Origin: Macrostomum lignano
Lineage: Eukaryota
Assembly (NCBI GenBank): GCA_002269645.1
Contig: NIVC01000684.1
Coordinates: forward strand, 248,001-312,000
Length of the DNA stretch: 64,000 nt
Direction of reading: 5' to 3'
Shown: positions 24,993 through 38,044 of the stretch, piece by piece
How the letters are laid out: each line of letters starts with the position of its first letter
How positions within the stretch are numbered: position 1 is the first letter of the stretch
Notes under the pieces: model-generated
Seen by the model: only the letters and a program-made list of their open reading frames with translations
The model's database searches: none
Told to the model about the DNA's origin: nothing
Made by a program: the position numbers and the translations under genes

Positions 24993-25517
24993 TCTATTAT
25001 ATGCTCCTAAAAGTAGAATGACCATATCCATATTTATACTAATAAAAATCGAAATAATGCAAAAACCAATGATTATTTTCATACTGAATTACTAAAAGTA
25101 GTATGATCGCTAAATAGCTATTTTTTATTCCTAGCATATGCTATCAGCAGGTCTTCAGATGTAATTTTGTTGTTATCTATGGGTGATTTTTCATCCTTAT
25201 TTAGTAAATTCAGATTACTTTTTTACTTCAATAAAGTTTCCTGATTTAGATTGGGTACGTCTTGCTTGCTAGGCTTTTCTAGATGTAGATCTAAAGTGCA
25301 AATTTTTCCTTTTCTGTCTCCCATAAGCAATACATTTTTTGTCTACTATAAACATTGTCTCTTGCTTTTCTGATTTCTGTCCTGCCTTCTTGGCTATTTC
25401 TTTCTTTCTTTTTCCCGTCTTGTATATACAAGCTTTTCACTTCCATCCCTGCTGTGCCCTTGATCTGGCTGGTTCATGGACTTCTAGACACAGATGTCTG
25501 GAATGACACCCCTTTGA

Positions 25518-25740
25518 TAACGTTACCGTGACAAGGATTGCTAAAGAGTCATTGCAAACAACTCACTAGTGACTCTGGCGACTCTGGAGCGGCTATTGTG
25601 ACTTTTTAACGACTCAAACAAATGTACGAGCGTAATAGCGGCGAATGTTAAGTCACGAGTGCTTTACGTGAGTTCCACAGTCATTGTGTTAGTGCTTAAC
25701 TTCTACTATCTCGAGTAGACTAAATAGAGTTGTCATATAT
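25518..25740. repeat. Dispersed repeat rich in gactc/gagtc motifs; related copy at ~36462-36640
   Basis: Shared blocks gttacc..gtgacaag.at.gcta.agagtcattg, agtcacgagtgc and gtagact.aatagagtt. Confidence 0.6.
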
Positions 25741-26430
25741 GCGAAATGCGATTCAAATTCATAAGGTGATGCAGGTGCACTTTAGACGCAACTCAGTGAT
25801 TCTACGGCGACTCTGACACGTCTCAGATACGATCTTTTTTTAGAATAGAGACTTTCGTAACTAAACACTTTATGGTTTGTCAAAGTTAGTTAAACACATT
25901 CTAGGCAAAGGGAATCTAGGAAAAGGTTCCAATCTAGTCTAGATATCTATATTTAGAACTCCACGACTAGCAGCACCCTCCCTGCTTTCGGGAGTGAACA
26001 CAAGAAATCTTCTAGGCTGTGCAAAGGTTAGTTTGGAATGTGCGCGCACGGCTTCATAGCAGGGCGATGTTGGTCCGAAGTTTTTTGCCCTTTTCGGTTT
26101 TCGGGACTTTACGGATATAGCGAACTGTTGCTTTGGGGGGAGGGGGGGCGAGGGGGACAAGTAGGGGCGATGATTTTTTACGCAAAAATCTTCCTCTTTC
26201 CTAGAGGCTTGATGTATAATAGTAATATTATCCAACAAGCTGATTGGGCATTGGCTCTATGATAATTCATTGGCTGTTGAAATCTATACTTATATAGCTA
26301 CTGCTAGGTAACTAACTATCACCCCTTTTTGACATCCATATTTCAGCAGTAGAGGCGTCTTAATAGCTGAAATTTATTATGGCTTAAATAGTATGAATAC
26401 AATACTAATCAATTGCCATATAGAATAGCA

Positions 26431-29400
26431 ATGCCTGGATTAGTGCTGTTTAAGCGAAGATGGTCCATTGGATCCGACGATATTGTTGTACCAGCGGCGC
26501 TGCTTTTCTGCTGTCATCTGATTCAGTGAGTTTGACTAGTAGCATTTTTTAAATATAGTTAGTGAATGCATTTACCCTACTTCATTCTAAGAATCAGCCC
26601 TCAGTCCATTCTAGGAATCGCTTCTAAACTTTTCTTAGAAATCGCCCTTAAACTCATTCTTTAGATTGCTTCTGAACATATTCTAAAAAATCGGTTCTAA
26701 ACCCATTCTAAAAATATGTTCTTAACTCATTCTAAGAAATCGCTTCTAAACTTATTTTTAAAAAATCGCCTCAAAATTCTTTTTTAAAAATCGTTTCTAA
26801 ATTTATTTTAAGAAATCGCTCCTAAACTCATTCTTAGAAATCGCACCTAAACTCATTCTAAGAAATTGCTCCTAAACTTATTCTAAGAAATCCTTCTAAA
26901 CTCATTCCAAGAAATCCTTCTAAACTCATTCTAAGAAACTGCATCTAAACTCATTCTAAGAAATTGCATCTAAACTCATTCTAAGAAATTGCATCTAAAC
27001 TCATTCTAAGATATCGCTCCTAAACTAATTCCAAGAAATCCTTCTAAACTCATTCTAAGAAATTGCTCATAAACTCAATCTTTACAATCGCTTCTTAACC
27101 CATTCTTAGAAATCGCTTCTGAATTATTTCCAAGAAATCGCTTCTGAATCCATTTTAAGAATCTGTTAAGAACTCATTCTCAGAAATCACTTCTTTCGCA
27201 TTCCGAGAATCACTCATAAAGTCATTCTAAGAATCGCTGCTAAACCTATTGTTCACAAGTACATCCACAAAAGTAATTAATGCAAATCATAATCTAATAA
27301 TTAACTAAACAGATCAGCCGTAATGCTATCAGTGCTACTAATTTATAATCCAATGACGGATTCTTCAACTGAAGAGTTCTCATCAGTGCCAACCACATCG
27401 GGCACAGTTCTGCCGGTTGAAGATCGTGCCAATTCAACTATAGCAACAACTACAGCAGCGAATGGATTAGCATTGGTCAATAGGAGCGTGTCCGAATGGG
27501 GCCGCAGTGTGCTTAGCGGTTATTTTTATCGCCAGCATTCAGCTTGGCAGAGTATAATTAATGCTTGCCAGTTCTCTGCCACTGTGTACACTCTGATCTA
27601 TTTAGTACTGCTGTTGGCCTGTTTGCTTGTTGAATTCGCCTGCGCTAAGTGCAGCTTGAGAGGCGGAATATTGGCCGTTGATAGAAGATCGATTGTTCAA
27701 TATTTGCTCTACGTTAGGCTGGGTGAGTTTCATTTGAGCTCGTAATTATGCTTTGCTTTGATTGACTTTGTACTGTTTCTAACCATTAATTCTCTTTTAA
27801 TTTCTGATTGAGTTGTTTTTTTTCTGTCTTCCTGTCTTACTCACTCCCCTCTCCCTCTATCCGTTCCTCTCTCCCTCTATCCCTTCCTCTCTCCCTCTAT
27901 CCCTTCCTCTCTCCCTTCCTCTCCCTTCCTCTCCCTTCCTCTCCCTTTATCCCTTCCTCTCTCCCTTTCTCCCTTCCTCACTCCTTTCCTCTCCCTTCCT
28001 CTCTCCCTTTCTCCCTTCCTCACTCCCTTCCTCTCTCCCTTCCTCTCAATTCCTCTCTCCATTTCTCTCCCTTCCTCTCCCTTCCTCTCTCCCTTCCTCT
28101 CCCTTCCTCTCTCCCTTCCTCTCCCTTCCTCTCCCTTCCTCTCTCCCTTTCTCCCTTCCTCTCTCCATTTCTCTCCCTTCCTCTCCCTCTCTCCCTTCCT
28201 CTCCCTTCCTCTCCCTTCCTCTCCCTTTATCCCTTCCTCTCTCCCTTTCTCCCTTCCTCACTCCTTTCCTCTCCCTTCCTCTCTCCCTTTCTCCCTTCCT
28301 CACTCCCTTCCTCTCGCTTCCTCTCTCCCTTTCTCCCTTCCTCACTCCTTTCCTCTCCCTTCCTCTCTCCCTTTCTCCCTTCCTCACTCCCTTCCTCTCT
28401 CCATTTCTCTCCCTTCCTCTCCCTTCCTCTCTCCCTTCCTCTCCCTTCCTCTCCCTTCCTCTCCCTTTATCCCTTCCTCTCTCCCTTCCTCACTCCTTTC
28501 CTCTCCCTTCCTCTCTCCCTTTCTCCCTTCCTCACTCCCTTCCTCTCGCTTCCTCTCTCCCTTCCTCTCAATTCCTCTCTCCATTTCTCTCCCTTCCTCT
28601 TCCTTCCTCTCTCCCTTCCTCTCCCTTCCTCTCTCCCTTCCTCTCCCTTCCTCTCTCCCTTTCTCCCTTCCTCTCTCCATTTCTCTCCCTTCCTCTCCCT
28701 TCCTCTCTCCCTTCCTCTCCCTTCCTCTCCCTTCCTCTCCCTTTATCCCTTCCTCTCTCCCTTTCTCCCTTCCTCACTCCTTTCCTCTCCCTTCCTCACT
28801 CCTTTCCTCTCCCTTCCTCTCTCCCTTCCTCTCCCTTCCTCTCCCTTCCTCTCCCTTCCTCTCCCTTCCTCTCCCTTCCTCTCCCTTTATCCCTTCCTCT
28901 CTCCCTTTCTCCCTTCCTCACTCCTTTCCTCTCCCTTCCTCTCTCCCTTTCTCCCTTCCTCACTCCCTTCCTCTCGCTTCCTCTCTCCCTTCCTCTCAAT
29001 TCCTCTCTCCATTTCTCTCCCTTCCTCTTCCTTCCTCTCTCCCTTCCTCTCCCTTCCTCTCTCCCTTCCTCTCCCTTCCTCTCCCTTCCTCTCTCCCTTT
29101 CTCCCTTCCTCTCTCCATTTCTCTCCCTTCCTCTCCCTCTCTCCCTTCCTCTCCCTTCCTCTCCCTTCCTCTCCCTTTCTCCCTTCCTCACTCCTTTCCT
29201 CTCCCTTCCTCTCTCCCTTTCTCCCTTCCTCACTCCCTTCCTCTCGCTTCCTCTCTCCCTTTCTCCCTTCCTCACTCCTTTCCTCTCCCTTCCTCTCTCC
29301 CTTTCTCCCTTCCTCACTCCCTTCCTCTCTCCATTTCTCTCCCTTCCTCTCCCTTCCTCTCTCCCTTCCTCACTCCTTTCCTCTCCCTTCCTCTCTCCCT

Positions 29401-32400
29401 TTCTCCCTTCCTCACTCCCTTCCTCTCGCTTCCTCTCTCCCTTCCTCTCAATTCCTCTCTCCATTTCTCTCCCTTCCTCTTCCTTCCTCTCTCCCTTCCT
29501 CTCCCTTCCTCTCTCCCTTCCTCTCCCTTCCTCTCCCTTCCTCTCTCCCTTTCTCCCTTCCTCTCTCCATTTCTCTCCCTTCCTCTCCCTTCCTCTCTCC
29601 CTTCCTCTCCCTTTATCCCTTCCTCTCTCCCTTTCTCCCTTCCTCACTCCTTTCCTCTCCCTTCCTCTCTCCCTTTCTCCCTTCCTCACTCCCTTCCTCT
29701 CGCTTCCTCTCTCCCTTCCTCTCAATTCCTCTCTCCATTTCTCTCCCTTCCTCTTCCTTCCTCTCTCCTTTCCTCTCCCTTCCTCTCTCCCTTCCTCTCT
29801 CCATTTCTCTCCCTTCCTCTCCCTTCCTCTCTCCCTTCCTCTCCCTTCCTCTCCCTTCCTCACTCCTTTCCTCTCCCTTCCTCTCTCCCTTTCTCCCTTC
29901 CTCACTCCCTTCCTCTCGCTTCCTCTCTCCCTTCCTCTCAATTCCTCTCTCCATTTCTCTCCCTTCCTCTTCCTTCCTCTCTCCCTTCCTCTTCCTTCCT
30001 CTCTCCCTTCCTCTTCCTTCCTCTCTCCCTTCCTCTTCCTTCCTCTCTCCCTTCCTCTTCCTTCCTCTCTCCCCTCCTCTCCCTTCCTCTCTCCCTTTCT
30101 CCTCTTCTCTCTTCCCCTCTCCCTTCCTTTCTTTCTCCCTTTATCTCTCCCTTCGTATCTTCCTTCGAAGCTTATTGAACGCTTACTTTAGCGCTACCTT
30201 AAGAAAAGCACAGGATTGAAGCCCTTTCGTATCAGAAAAGAATCCCCCAGTGTATCCGGTATCTTAGGATAATTAACTAGCTCAAATAGATTTATTTATG
30301 CGCGGCAGATTCGTTTGAGAGCAAAGCAAAACGAATCTGCTGACTCGCTCGCCTACTTACACTCTTGTGATCTGATCTAATAACGACAGGCGCTTTCTTG
30401 CCTCTCCGCCTCTCGCCCTCGCCCTCGCCCTTATCCTATTTTCCTGACGCATTAGCAAGAAGCATTAGTTAGTTTATATATATGTATTTACGAGTATTTT
30501 TATATTCTAAAAAAGTCACTCGGAAGTTGCCAAAAAGGCTATGCTGATGTGTAGCATGAATACTGTTGTATTTTTATTATCTACCAGAGCTGTCCGTGTG
30601 TTAATTATATTGATCGTATAATAGCGTGATTAGATACAATTTACAGCAGCTCTTGACGCTCAAGACTGTAAACTAGTATTTGGGACACTTCACCATCCAT
30701 TCTGTGCAGAATCTGCATATAAAAAAGCTTTTATGCATTTATCTTTAATAACCTTTTTACGTGTTTGGAGTGTGTTTTTATATTACGAGAGTGTATTATG
30801 ATAATGTGATTGATGTCTGCCTGTATATGCGTCTGTCTGTAGATCTGTAGAAAATATGTCTGTCTGTAGATCTGTAGAATACCTGTCTGTCTGTAGATCT
30901 GTAGAAGACCTGTCTGTCTGTAGATCTGTAGAATACCTGTCTGTCTGTAGATCTGTAGAAGACCTGTCTGTCTGTAGATCTGTAGAATACCTGTCTGTCT
31001 GTAGATCTGTAGAAGACCTGTCTGTCTGTAGATCTGTTGAATACCTGTCTGTCTGTAGATCTGTAGAAGACCTGTCTGTCTGTAGATCTGTAGAAGATAT
31101 GTCTGTCTGTAGATCTGTAGAAGTCCTGTCTGTCTGTAGATCTGTAGAAGTCCTGTCTGTCTGTAGATCTGTAGACCTGTCTGTCTGTAGATCTGTAGAA
31201 GATATGTCTGTCTGTAGATCTGTAGAAGACCTGTCTGTCTGTAGATCTGTAGACCTGTCTGTCTGTAGATCTGTAGAAGACCTGTCTGTCTGTAGATCTG
31301 TAGACCTGTCTGTCTGTAGATCCATCTTTATGTAGAAATACGGCAATTTCTCTGCATAGCTACCTTATTTCAACTTCAACTTCAAGTTGGATGTACTGAA
31401 GCATAGTGACTGTCTCCTAAACCGCTAGTAACCAGTGACTGTATTCATATTTCCTTATACAGACTCTTCTTTTCGCAAATATTGGCTTGCATAGCAAAGT
31501 GAAGCTCAACTCGTGTCCTGCATGCAAGTCTGCGCAGCCCTCTTGATTGATGAACGAGTTCAGTATGGTACCTTGTTTAATAAAAAGCCCTATGAGGAAC
31601 TCTTGGCCCAGTGAATATTATTTGCACTCGTCAGGCTTGTCGAAAATTTTTATTTGTAGCCCTGTTCGTATTGGAGATTCTGTTGCTGATCCTTGGCGTG
31701 GTTGTACTAATCCGGTTGCGCTATTTTGTCAGCTGCACTGGTCGGTATTCGCCTATTCGAGTTATGACAGGTTGGTTTTAGGTATTCGGGTGGGGATTTG
31801 TGACTGTTATCTTTGCGGGTTCTAGCGCTGTTTATGTCTAATGCTGGACCTTGAGAATCGAGGAGTTGTCGGGGTAGACTGAGTCATTGTGTATGACCCT
31901 GGGAATCGAGGGGTTGTGAGTTAGACTGGGTCATTGTAGGACCCTGGGAATCAAGGGGTTGTGGGGGTAGACTGGGTCATTGTAGGACCCTGGGAATCGA
32001 GGGGCTGTAGGGGTAGACAGGGTCATTGTGGGACCCTGGGAATCGAGGGGTTGTAGGGGTAGACTGGGTCATTGTAGGACCTGGGAATCGAGGGGCTGTA
32101 GGGGTAGACTGGGTCATTGTAGGACCTGGGAATCGAGAGGCTGTAGGGGTAGACTGGGTCATTGTGGGACCCTGGGAATCGAGGGGTTGTGGGGGTAGAC
32201 TGGGTCATTGTAGGACCCTGGGAATCGAGAGGCTGTAGGGGTAGACAGGGTCATTGTGGGACCCTGGAAATCGAGGGGTTGTAGGGGTAGACTGGATCAT
32301 TGTGGGACCCAGGGAATCGAGGGGTTGTAGGGGTAGACTGGGTCATTGTGGGACCCAGGGAATCGAGGGGCTGTAGGGGTAGACTGGGTCATTGTAGGAC

Positions 32401-35400
32401 CTGGGAATCGAGGGGCTGTAGGGGTAGACTGGGTGACTGGGTCATTGTAGAGACCATGGGAGTTGGAAGAAATCGAATTCCACCTGTATACGCAATTGAT
32501 GGTAATTTCAGTGGTGGTGGCCGTGAACTGGTCAGTGACAGTGCTGGTGCTGCTCACAGTCTGGTGCGTGTTCGATCGTGCCGGCCGTAGCTGGGTGAAA
32601 ACTCGCCGCTTTCAACAGCAACAACAGCAGCGCCAGCAGCAACGCAGAAGCGTCCTCGATGCGACGAAACGACGAAAGACTGGCAGCAGTCGGAGACGAA
32701 ATCTCAAGCATAGGTGAATTCCTGAGCAGGCACACACTCACACAGGAGTGTACAGCGGCCCTAACTTTATTTATCGTTAGGCATGTACACTTCACTGTGC
32801 CTTTGGGGTTGGCTCTCAAGCTGGGCGTTAATTGCACGAGCAGAGCCAAGTCGAGATTCCAATTTAACCCCAAATTAATGTAACTGCACTTGGAATCGAG
32901 CCTGGGCCGCTGGCTTATCAGAGCGCCGCGCTAGAATCAACACACACGCACAAACTTTTCTTTGAAAATATTGCCCGACTTAGACAGAATTCTCCGGACC
33001 GAACCCTTGCCAGGCAGTCTCTGCTTCAGTACGAACAAATCTGGGATAGAAGATTTCGTCGGATGTTCTGCTGCCTGTCCAATTCAGAAGCTGGTGGCGC
33101 AGGTTCTACTGAAGGTGCTTTTGCCGAGGTTGCTAGGCTGTTCTCGGATTTTTTCCAGGATCTGGACGTGGTACCATCGGATGTGGTGGCTGGATTAGTG
33201 CTGCTTCGGCGATGCCAGAAGCTGCTTGCTAGAGAAACGCTTAAGGTAATTTTTCAGTTTGTGATTGATAGATGAGAATAAAATGCAATTGTAAAATAGA
33301 CACTTATTTACGTGTAATGACATAAAATAGATGCAATTGTGTAAGCTCTGAGGTGTCATTGTGTAAGCTCTGAGGTGTCATTGTGTAAGCTCTGAGGTGT
33401 CATTGTGTAAGCTCTGAGGTGTCATTGTGTAAGCTCTGAGGTGTCATTGTGTTAGCTCTGAGGTGTCATTGTGTAAGCTCTGAGGTGTCATTGTGTAAGC
33501 TCTGAGGTGTCATTGTGTAAGCTCTGAGGTGTCATTGTGTAAGCTCTGGGGTGTCACTGTGTAAGCTCTGAGATGCTATTGTGTAAGCTCTGAGATGCTA
33601 TTGTGTAAGCTCTGAGGTGTCATTGTGTAAGCTCTGAGGTGCTATTGTGTAAGCTCTGAGGTGCTATTGTGTAAACTTTGAGGTGTCATTGTGTAAGCTC
33701 TGAGGTGTCATTGTGTAAGCCCTGAGGTGCTATTGTGTAAACTTTGAGGTGTCATTGTGTAAGCTCTGAGGTGTCATTGTGTAGGCCCTGAGGTGCTATT
33801 GTGTAAACTTTGAGGTGTCATTGTGTAAGCTCTGAGGTGTCATTGTGTAAGCCCTGAGGTGCTATTGTGTAAGCTGTTAACTTGTGTAGGCTGTTGTTCT
33901 GTAAACCATGTAACTTTTCAACATAGGCTCTAAGGATGAGTTAACTGTCGAAGATCAATTCTGTAACTTTTACCTATTGTTATGTAGGATACATCCAATC
34001 AAGTTCTTCAATTCATGTCGGGCCGACCAATTTACTTGTCAACAAATTTTTTGCAACTAACCGATCCAATTGAACTGAGTAATTATCGGATCGCTTTGCG
34101 TTGTATGAAATACGCACTAGCCGCCTATGGATGCCCTATGCTAGCTTATACTGGTCGGCTCTGCTGCCTGCTGTGCGATCTGAACATGTGCTGCTCCGGA
34201 AGGTTTGTTAACTATTTTGTATAGAATTTTAAATTACATTTTCTAATGTTGAAGTCTTCGGATTGCTGGTTAAAGTACATGTGGTACCACATGGAAACCT
34301 AGGAGTCGAGGATCTTAGGGTTAAAGTACATGTGGTACTCTTTAAAACCCTGGGAATCGAGGAGTTGGAGTTAAAAATATCATTGGTGATTCCCTTTAGG
34401 ACCTTAGAAATCGAGGGGCTTAGGGCTAAAATACAACTGAAACCCTTTTTAGGACCCTAGGAATTGGAGGACTTAGGTTTAAAGTACAATTGGCACCATT
34501 TTAGGACCCTAGGAATCGAGGGGCTTAGGGTTAAAGTACAAGTCGTAGTCTTGGTAATCTATGGGCTTAGGGTTAAAGTACAAGTCGTAGTCTTGGTAAT
34601 CTATGGGCTTAGGGTTAAAGTACCCGTATACTAAGAAAAATCTAACTTTTTGTAATCCTAAATACCTATAGTGCTCAAACACTAACTCGAGAAGAACGAC
34701 CAAGACGCGACAGCACTGCATCGTGCAGTTCAGCCTGTAACAGCGCAGACAATGACTACTGCGATAGTGACAATTCAGATAGATCCCAAACAGCTGGTTG
34801 TTGTTTCTCCAACCCGCTTCTGTCTCGCCTATTTGGCTGCCGATCGTACAGACCCGAAGCCAGCATTGAAGCTTTATTGAGACAGCGAGGCATTGACGGC
34901 AGCCAATTCCGATTGTTGCACCTATGCACCGATTTGGGCATCGAGCGTACGCCGTTCTACGTTGGAATTGATTATCGAATGCGACGGGTTATTGTAGCGA
35001 TTAGGGGTACTCTGTCGCTGCAAGATGTGCTCACGGATTTGACCGCCGATTCCGAAGCGATTCCCGGCTGTGGCAGCGGTGGCGGAGCTGTGGAGGACGA
35101 CAGTGACGAAGGCTGGTTCGGGCATCGGGGCATGGTTCGAACTGCTATCTATATTCAGGTGCGGTATCTAATTTTATTATTCAAAATGTACTTTTGTAAT
35201 GAAATAGTAGTAAGGGATTTTAACCCTTCGTGGTTAGAGCATCGGACTCACGAAGGAAAGGTCGGAGGTTCGATTCTCGACCCACTCTGAACAGCTTGTG
35301 TCGTTGAGCAAGAAACTTAACTCTGCATTATTTCAGTTCACCCAGCTGTAAAATGGGTGCCAGCTGGGGTAATTGAGGGTGTGTGTGGCGCCCCCCAGTC

Positions 35401-37880
35401 CTTGGACTGAACAGCCGTACGCAGCCTTCAGATGCGCCGCGCAATAGCTGCGGCTGAGCTGTCGGTTGCACATCTGGCCCGATTAGGGCAGGTTTAATTA
35501 ATTATTATTATTATCAAATACATTAATTAGTACATTGCGCACTTTTAAAGCAGTACAAAGTGTACATTCCAGGTGTATAATATGTACTTTTTAAAGTAAA
35601 AACTACTTTATTAAACTAGTACTAGGTGTACTTTTTAAAAATTGTAATACCCAAAGAATGTACTTTTGTGTTATTTTGTGGAATGGTAAAGAATGTACTT
35701 TTGTTCCATGGTACAAAATGTACTTTTCAATCATTTTCAGTCAACCCTGGCCAAGCGCAGACTAATTGAGCAGGCCCTAGACGAGCCTAATTGCCAGAAT
35801 TTCGACCTGATACTCACCGGTCACAGCCTTGGCGCTGGCATCGCCTCTATACTAGGCTTATTGATGCGACCAATCTACGGTCAACGACTGCAAGTGCTGG
35901 CGTTTAGTCCGCCTGGTGGACTTTTATCTTTATCGGCGCTTAATTATTCCAAAGAATTCATCACCTCAGTAGTGGTTGGCAAAGACGTCATACCTCGGGT
36001 TGGCCTGCCGCAGCTGGAGCAGCTCCGATCGAGTTTAGTTCGATTAATAAGCAGCTGCGAACGGCCGAAGTGGTGCATTATTGGTTCCGGCCTGTGCGGT
36101 TGCTGCTGCTGCTGCTACTGCTGCTGCTCAAACAGCGATAAAGACAGTCGGATGCTGACTACTTATAGTAGGACAGTTGATGAACTAAATGACAGGGAAG
36201 CAGCTGTACCAGCGCCTGTTGTTGCCGCGGTTACGCATCGGCCGTTGCACCTGCCTGGTAGAATTTGGCACCTGGTTCGCGAGGACAAACTGCTCAGCAG
36301 TAATAATAGTAATAATAATAGTGCTAATAATAAGCGCGGAAATAAGCGGCAAGAGAAGTTTCTAGAATTTCGAATCATCGATTCAGAGTTTACCGATTTT
36401 GAAGAGGTAATTTAACAGTTGTTTGTTGTAATACTTCTATGACACTTTGTTGCTAGGGTTGAAAATGTTACCGCGTGACAAGAATCGCTAGAGAGTCATT
36501 GGGGCGACTCTTTTGTGACGAGTCACGAGTGCATCGCGCGAGTTGCAGAATGGTAAAAAGAGTCGCGAATAAGTCGTCCAAGAGTCGTTGTATTAGCGCT
36601 TTACTTTCTACTGACTCAAGTAGACTGAATAGAGTTTGTATATGAATGGTTCAGTTCACCCAGCTGTAAAATGGGTGCCAGCATTAGCTGGAGTAATTGA
36701 GGGTGCGTGTGGCGACCTCCCAGTCCTACTAAGTGAACAGCCCCGTACGCAGCCTTCAGATGCGCCGCGCAATAGCTGCGGCTGAGCTGTCGGTTGCACA
36801 TCAAGGCAGATTGTAATCAATTATTATACCGTTGGTAGTAACTACTAGACTTGTTATAAAATAATTGACTCTTACTGACCAAATCGCCACCTTCAGGTGT
36901 TGGTGTCGCCTTCAATGGTGCAGCATCACATGGCTGATTACGTATTGGATGCGCTAGAATCAGTGGCCCCAGCAGATTTTCATGCCGATCAGTTTTTCAA
37001 CGATCAAACAATTAACGCTGACGGCGCCCATGAAGAAATTGGAGAATCAGTATTGTTGGGTACAGCGGCTACTACTGTATCAGCATCCGGTGATGCTTCA
37101 TCTTCAATTAGAGCTAGTCGGTTAGCAACTAAAAATCTGAGAACGCCCAGATCGAGTACTCTGCCATCGCGATTAGGCCCATTGACATCTAACTGGCCTC
37201 CTATCGATCAAATGAATCCCAATAATAGAAATCGGACTTCTCACGTTGCTAAGCAACTAGCCGCTGCGCCCTTGGCAACGCCGGAATCTTTATCGATAGC
37301 ATCGTCTAGGATTCTGTCTTCCAAGTTGTCAGTAGCCGCCTCCGCGGAGGACAAGCCTCTGTCGGATGAGGATGATGAAGATAGCGACAATTTTGAAATG
37401 CCAATGCGCAGTCAACTGCAAAGGCCGGTGTCTCTGCACGAAAATTTAAGCGGCTATTGTTACTACCTGTTCCCCGACGAGGAGAGCGGCAGACGGAGAC
37501 CGTTTGACGATATTTTGCCAAAGCCTAGGATTGACTTTGGTCGGATTGCCCACGCGGTTGGTAATAGGCAATTGCTGTTGAAGCAGCAACAGCAGCAGCA
37601 ATGCACTCTGCCGCACAGTTTATCCTCTTGCGAGACTTTAATCCCACCTGCTAAAGGAGAGCACAGTTTTCCAGACGACACCGTTATAGTTGTCGCATCG
37701 GCTATGCTACATACTACTGCTACTGCTAATAGTAGTAGTAGTAGTAATATTAGCAACTATAATTTCAACAGACAAGAGCCAACAGATGATTGTCAATCTG
37801 TTGAGAGGACGCCTCAAATGCTGCGTTCATCTGGTGCTGTCTTGTGCAGACACTCGGATAGAAGAGTTGATTACGTGTGA
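26431..37880 (+). CDS. DAGLA: Diacylglycerol lipase alpha. Exons: 26431-26525, 27313-27722, 31660-31770, 32512-32713, 33014-33245, 33988-34202, 34672-35158, 35741-36406, 36897-37880
   Basis: N-terminus MPGLVLFKRRWSIGSDD; four TM segments; FFQDLDVVPSDVVAGLVLL; IRGTLSLQDVLTDL; catalytic Ser in GHSLG, Asp in KDVIPR, His in QHHM; long disordered alpha-type tail. Junctions are GT-AG and in phase (the 34672 acceptor could alternatively be 34729). Confidence 0.95.
26580..27250. repeat. ~22-bp minisatellite (aaactcattctaagaaatcgcttct)
   Basis: DAGLA intron 1. Confidence 0.9.
27840..30140. repeat. 2.3-kb polypyrimidine compound repeat (ctcccttcct and variants)
   Basis: Almost exclusively C/T on the + strand; source of the spurious 803/792-aa S/P/L/F ORFs. 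Confidence 0.98.
30826..31322. repeat. 27-bp minisatellite (gtctgtctgtagatctgtagaagacct)
   Basis: DAGLA intron 2. Confidence 0.95.
31850..32450. repeat. ~45-46-bp minisatellite (gggaatcgaggggctgtaggggtagactgggtcattgtaggaccct)
   Basis: DAGLA intron 3; degenerate relatives at ~34270-34620. Confidence 0.93.
32721..32930 (-). mobile_element. Second SINE-like family with a tRNA-like head on the minus strand
   Basis: High similarity to 57201-57415; minus-strand head contains caggctcgattcc (T-arm/B-box-like). Confidence 0.7.
33335..33875. repeat. 22-bp minisatellite (gtgtaagctctgaggtgtcatt)
   Basis: DAGLA intron 5. Confidence 0.96.
35222..35510 (+). mobile_element. CORE-type tRNA-SINE, near full length
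   Basis: tRNA-like head (tggttagagc..ggttcgattc), CORE-like body ttgagcaagaaacttaactctg..cagttcacccagctgtaaaatggg, (att)n tail. Confidence 0.85.
36648..36825 (+). mobile_element. 5'-truncated CORE-type SINE
   Basis: Matches the 3' body of the 35222 and 44001 copies. Confidence 0.85.
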
Positions 37881-38044
37881 AGGTCATTCATATTTAGAGA
37901 TCCTAATCATAGATTGAAACAATTCTGTTGCTATGGTTATTTTACTCCTTTTTATTGTTGGTAGTGGAGCTTTCATTTCGATCATTGATTTGAATTTCAT
38001 TACTTTTATAAAGGCATTTTTGCCGATGCTTCCTTAGTATTTGA

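Noticed and set aside
27808-30219. 803-aa and 792-aa ORFs, plus the R/G/E/K-rich antisense ORFs
   Set aside because: Translation of a stop-free polypyrimidine repeat inside DAGLA intron 2.
34317-34615. TTAGGG telomere-like hexamers
   Set aside because: Isolated occurrences within a longer degenerate minisatellite, not a telomeric array.
35222-35295. tRNA gene-like sequence (also 44001, 56941, 22845)
   Set aside because: These are SINE heads: no complete cloverleaf or acceptor stem, and each is followed by the conserved SINE body.
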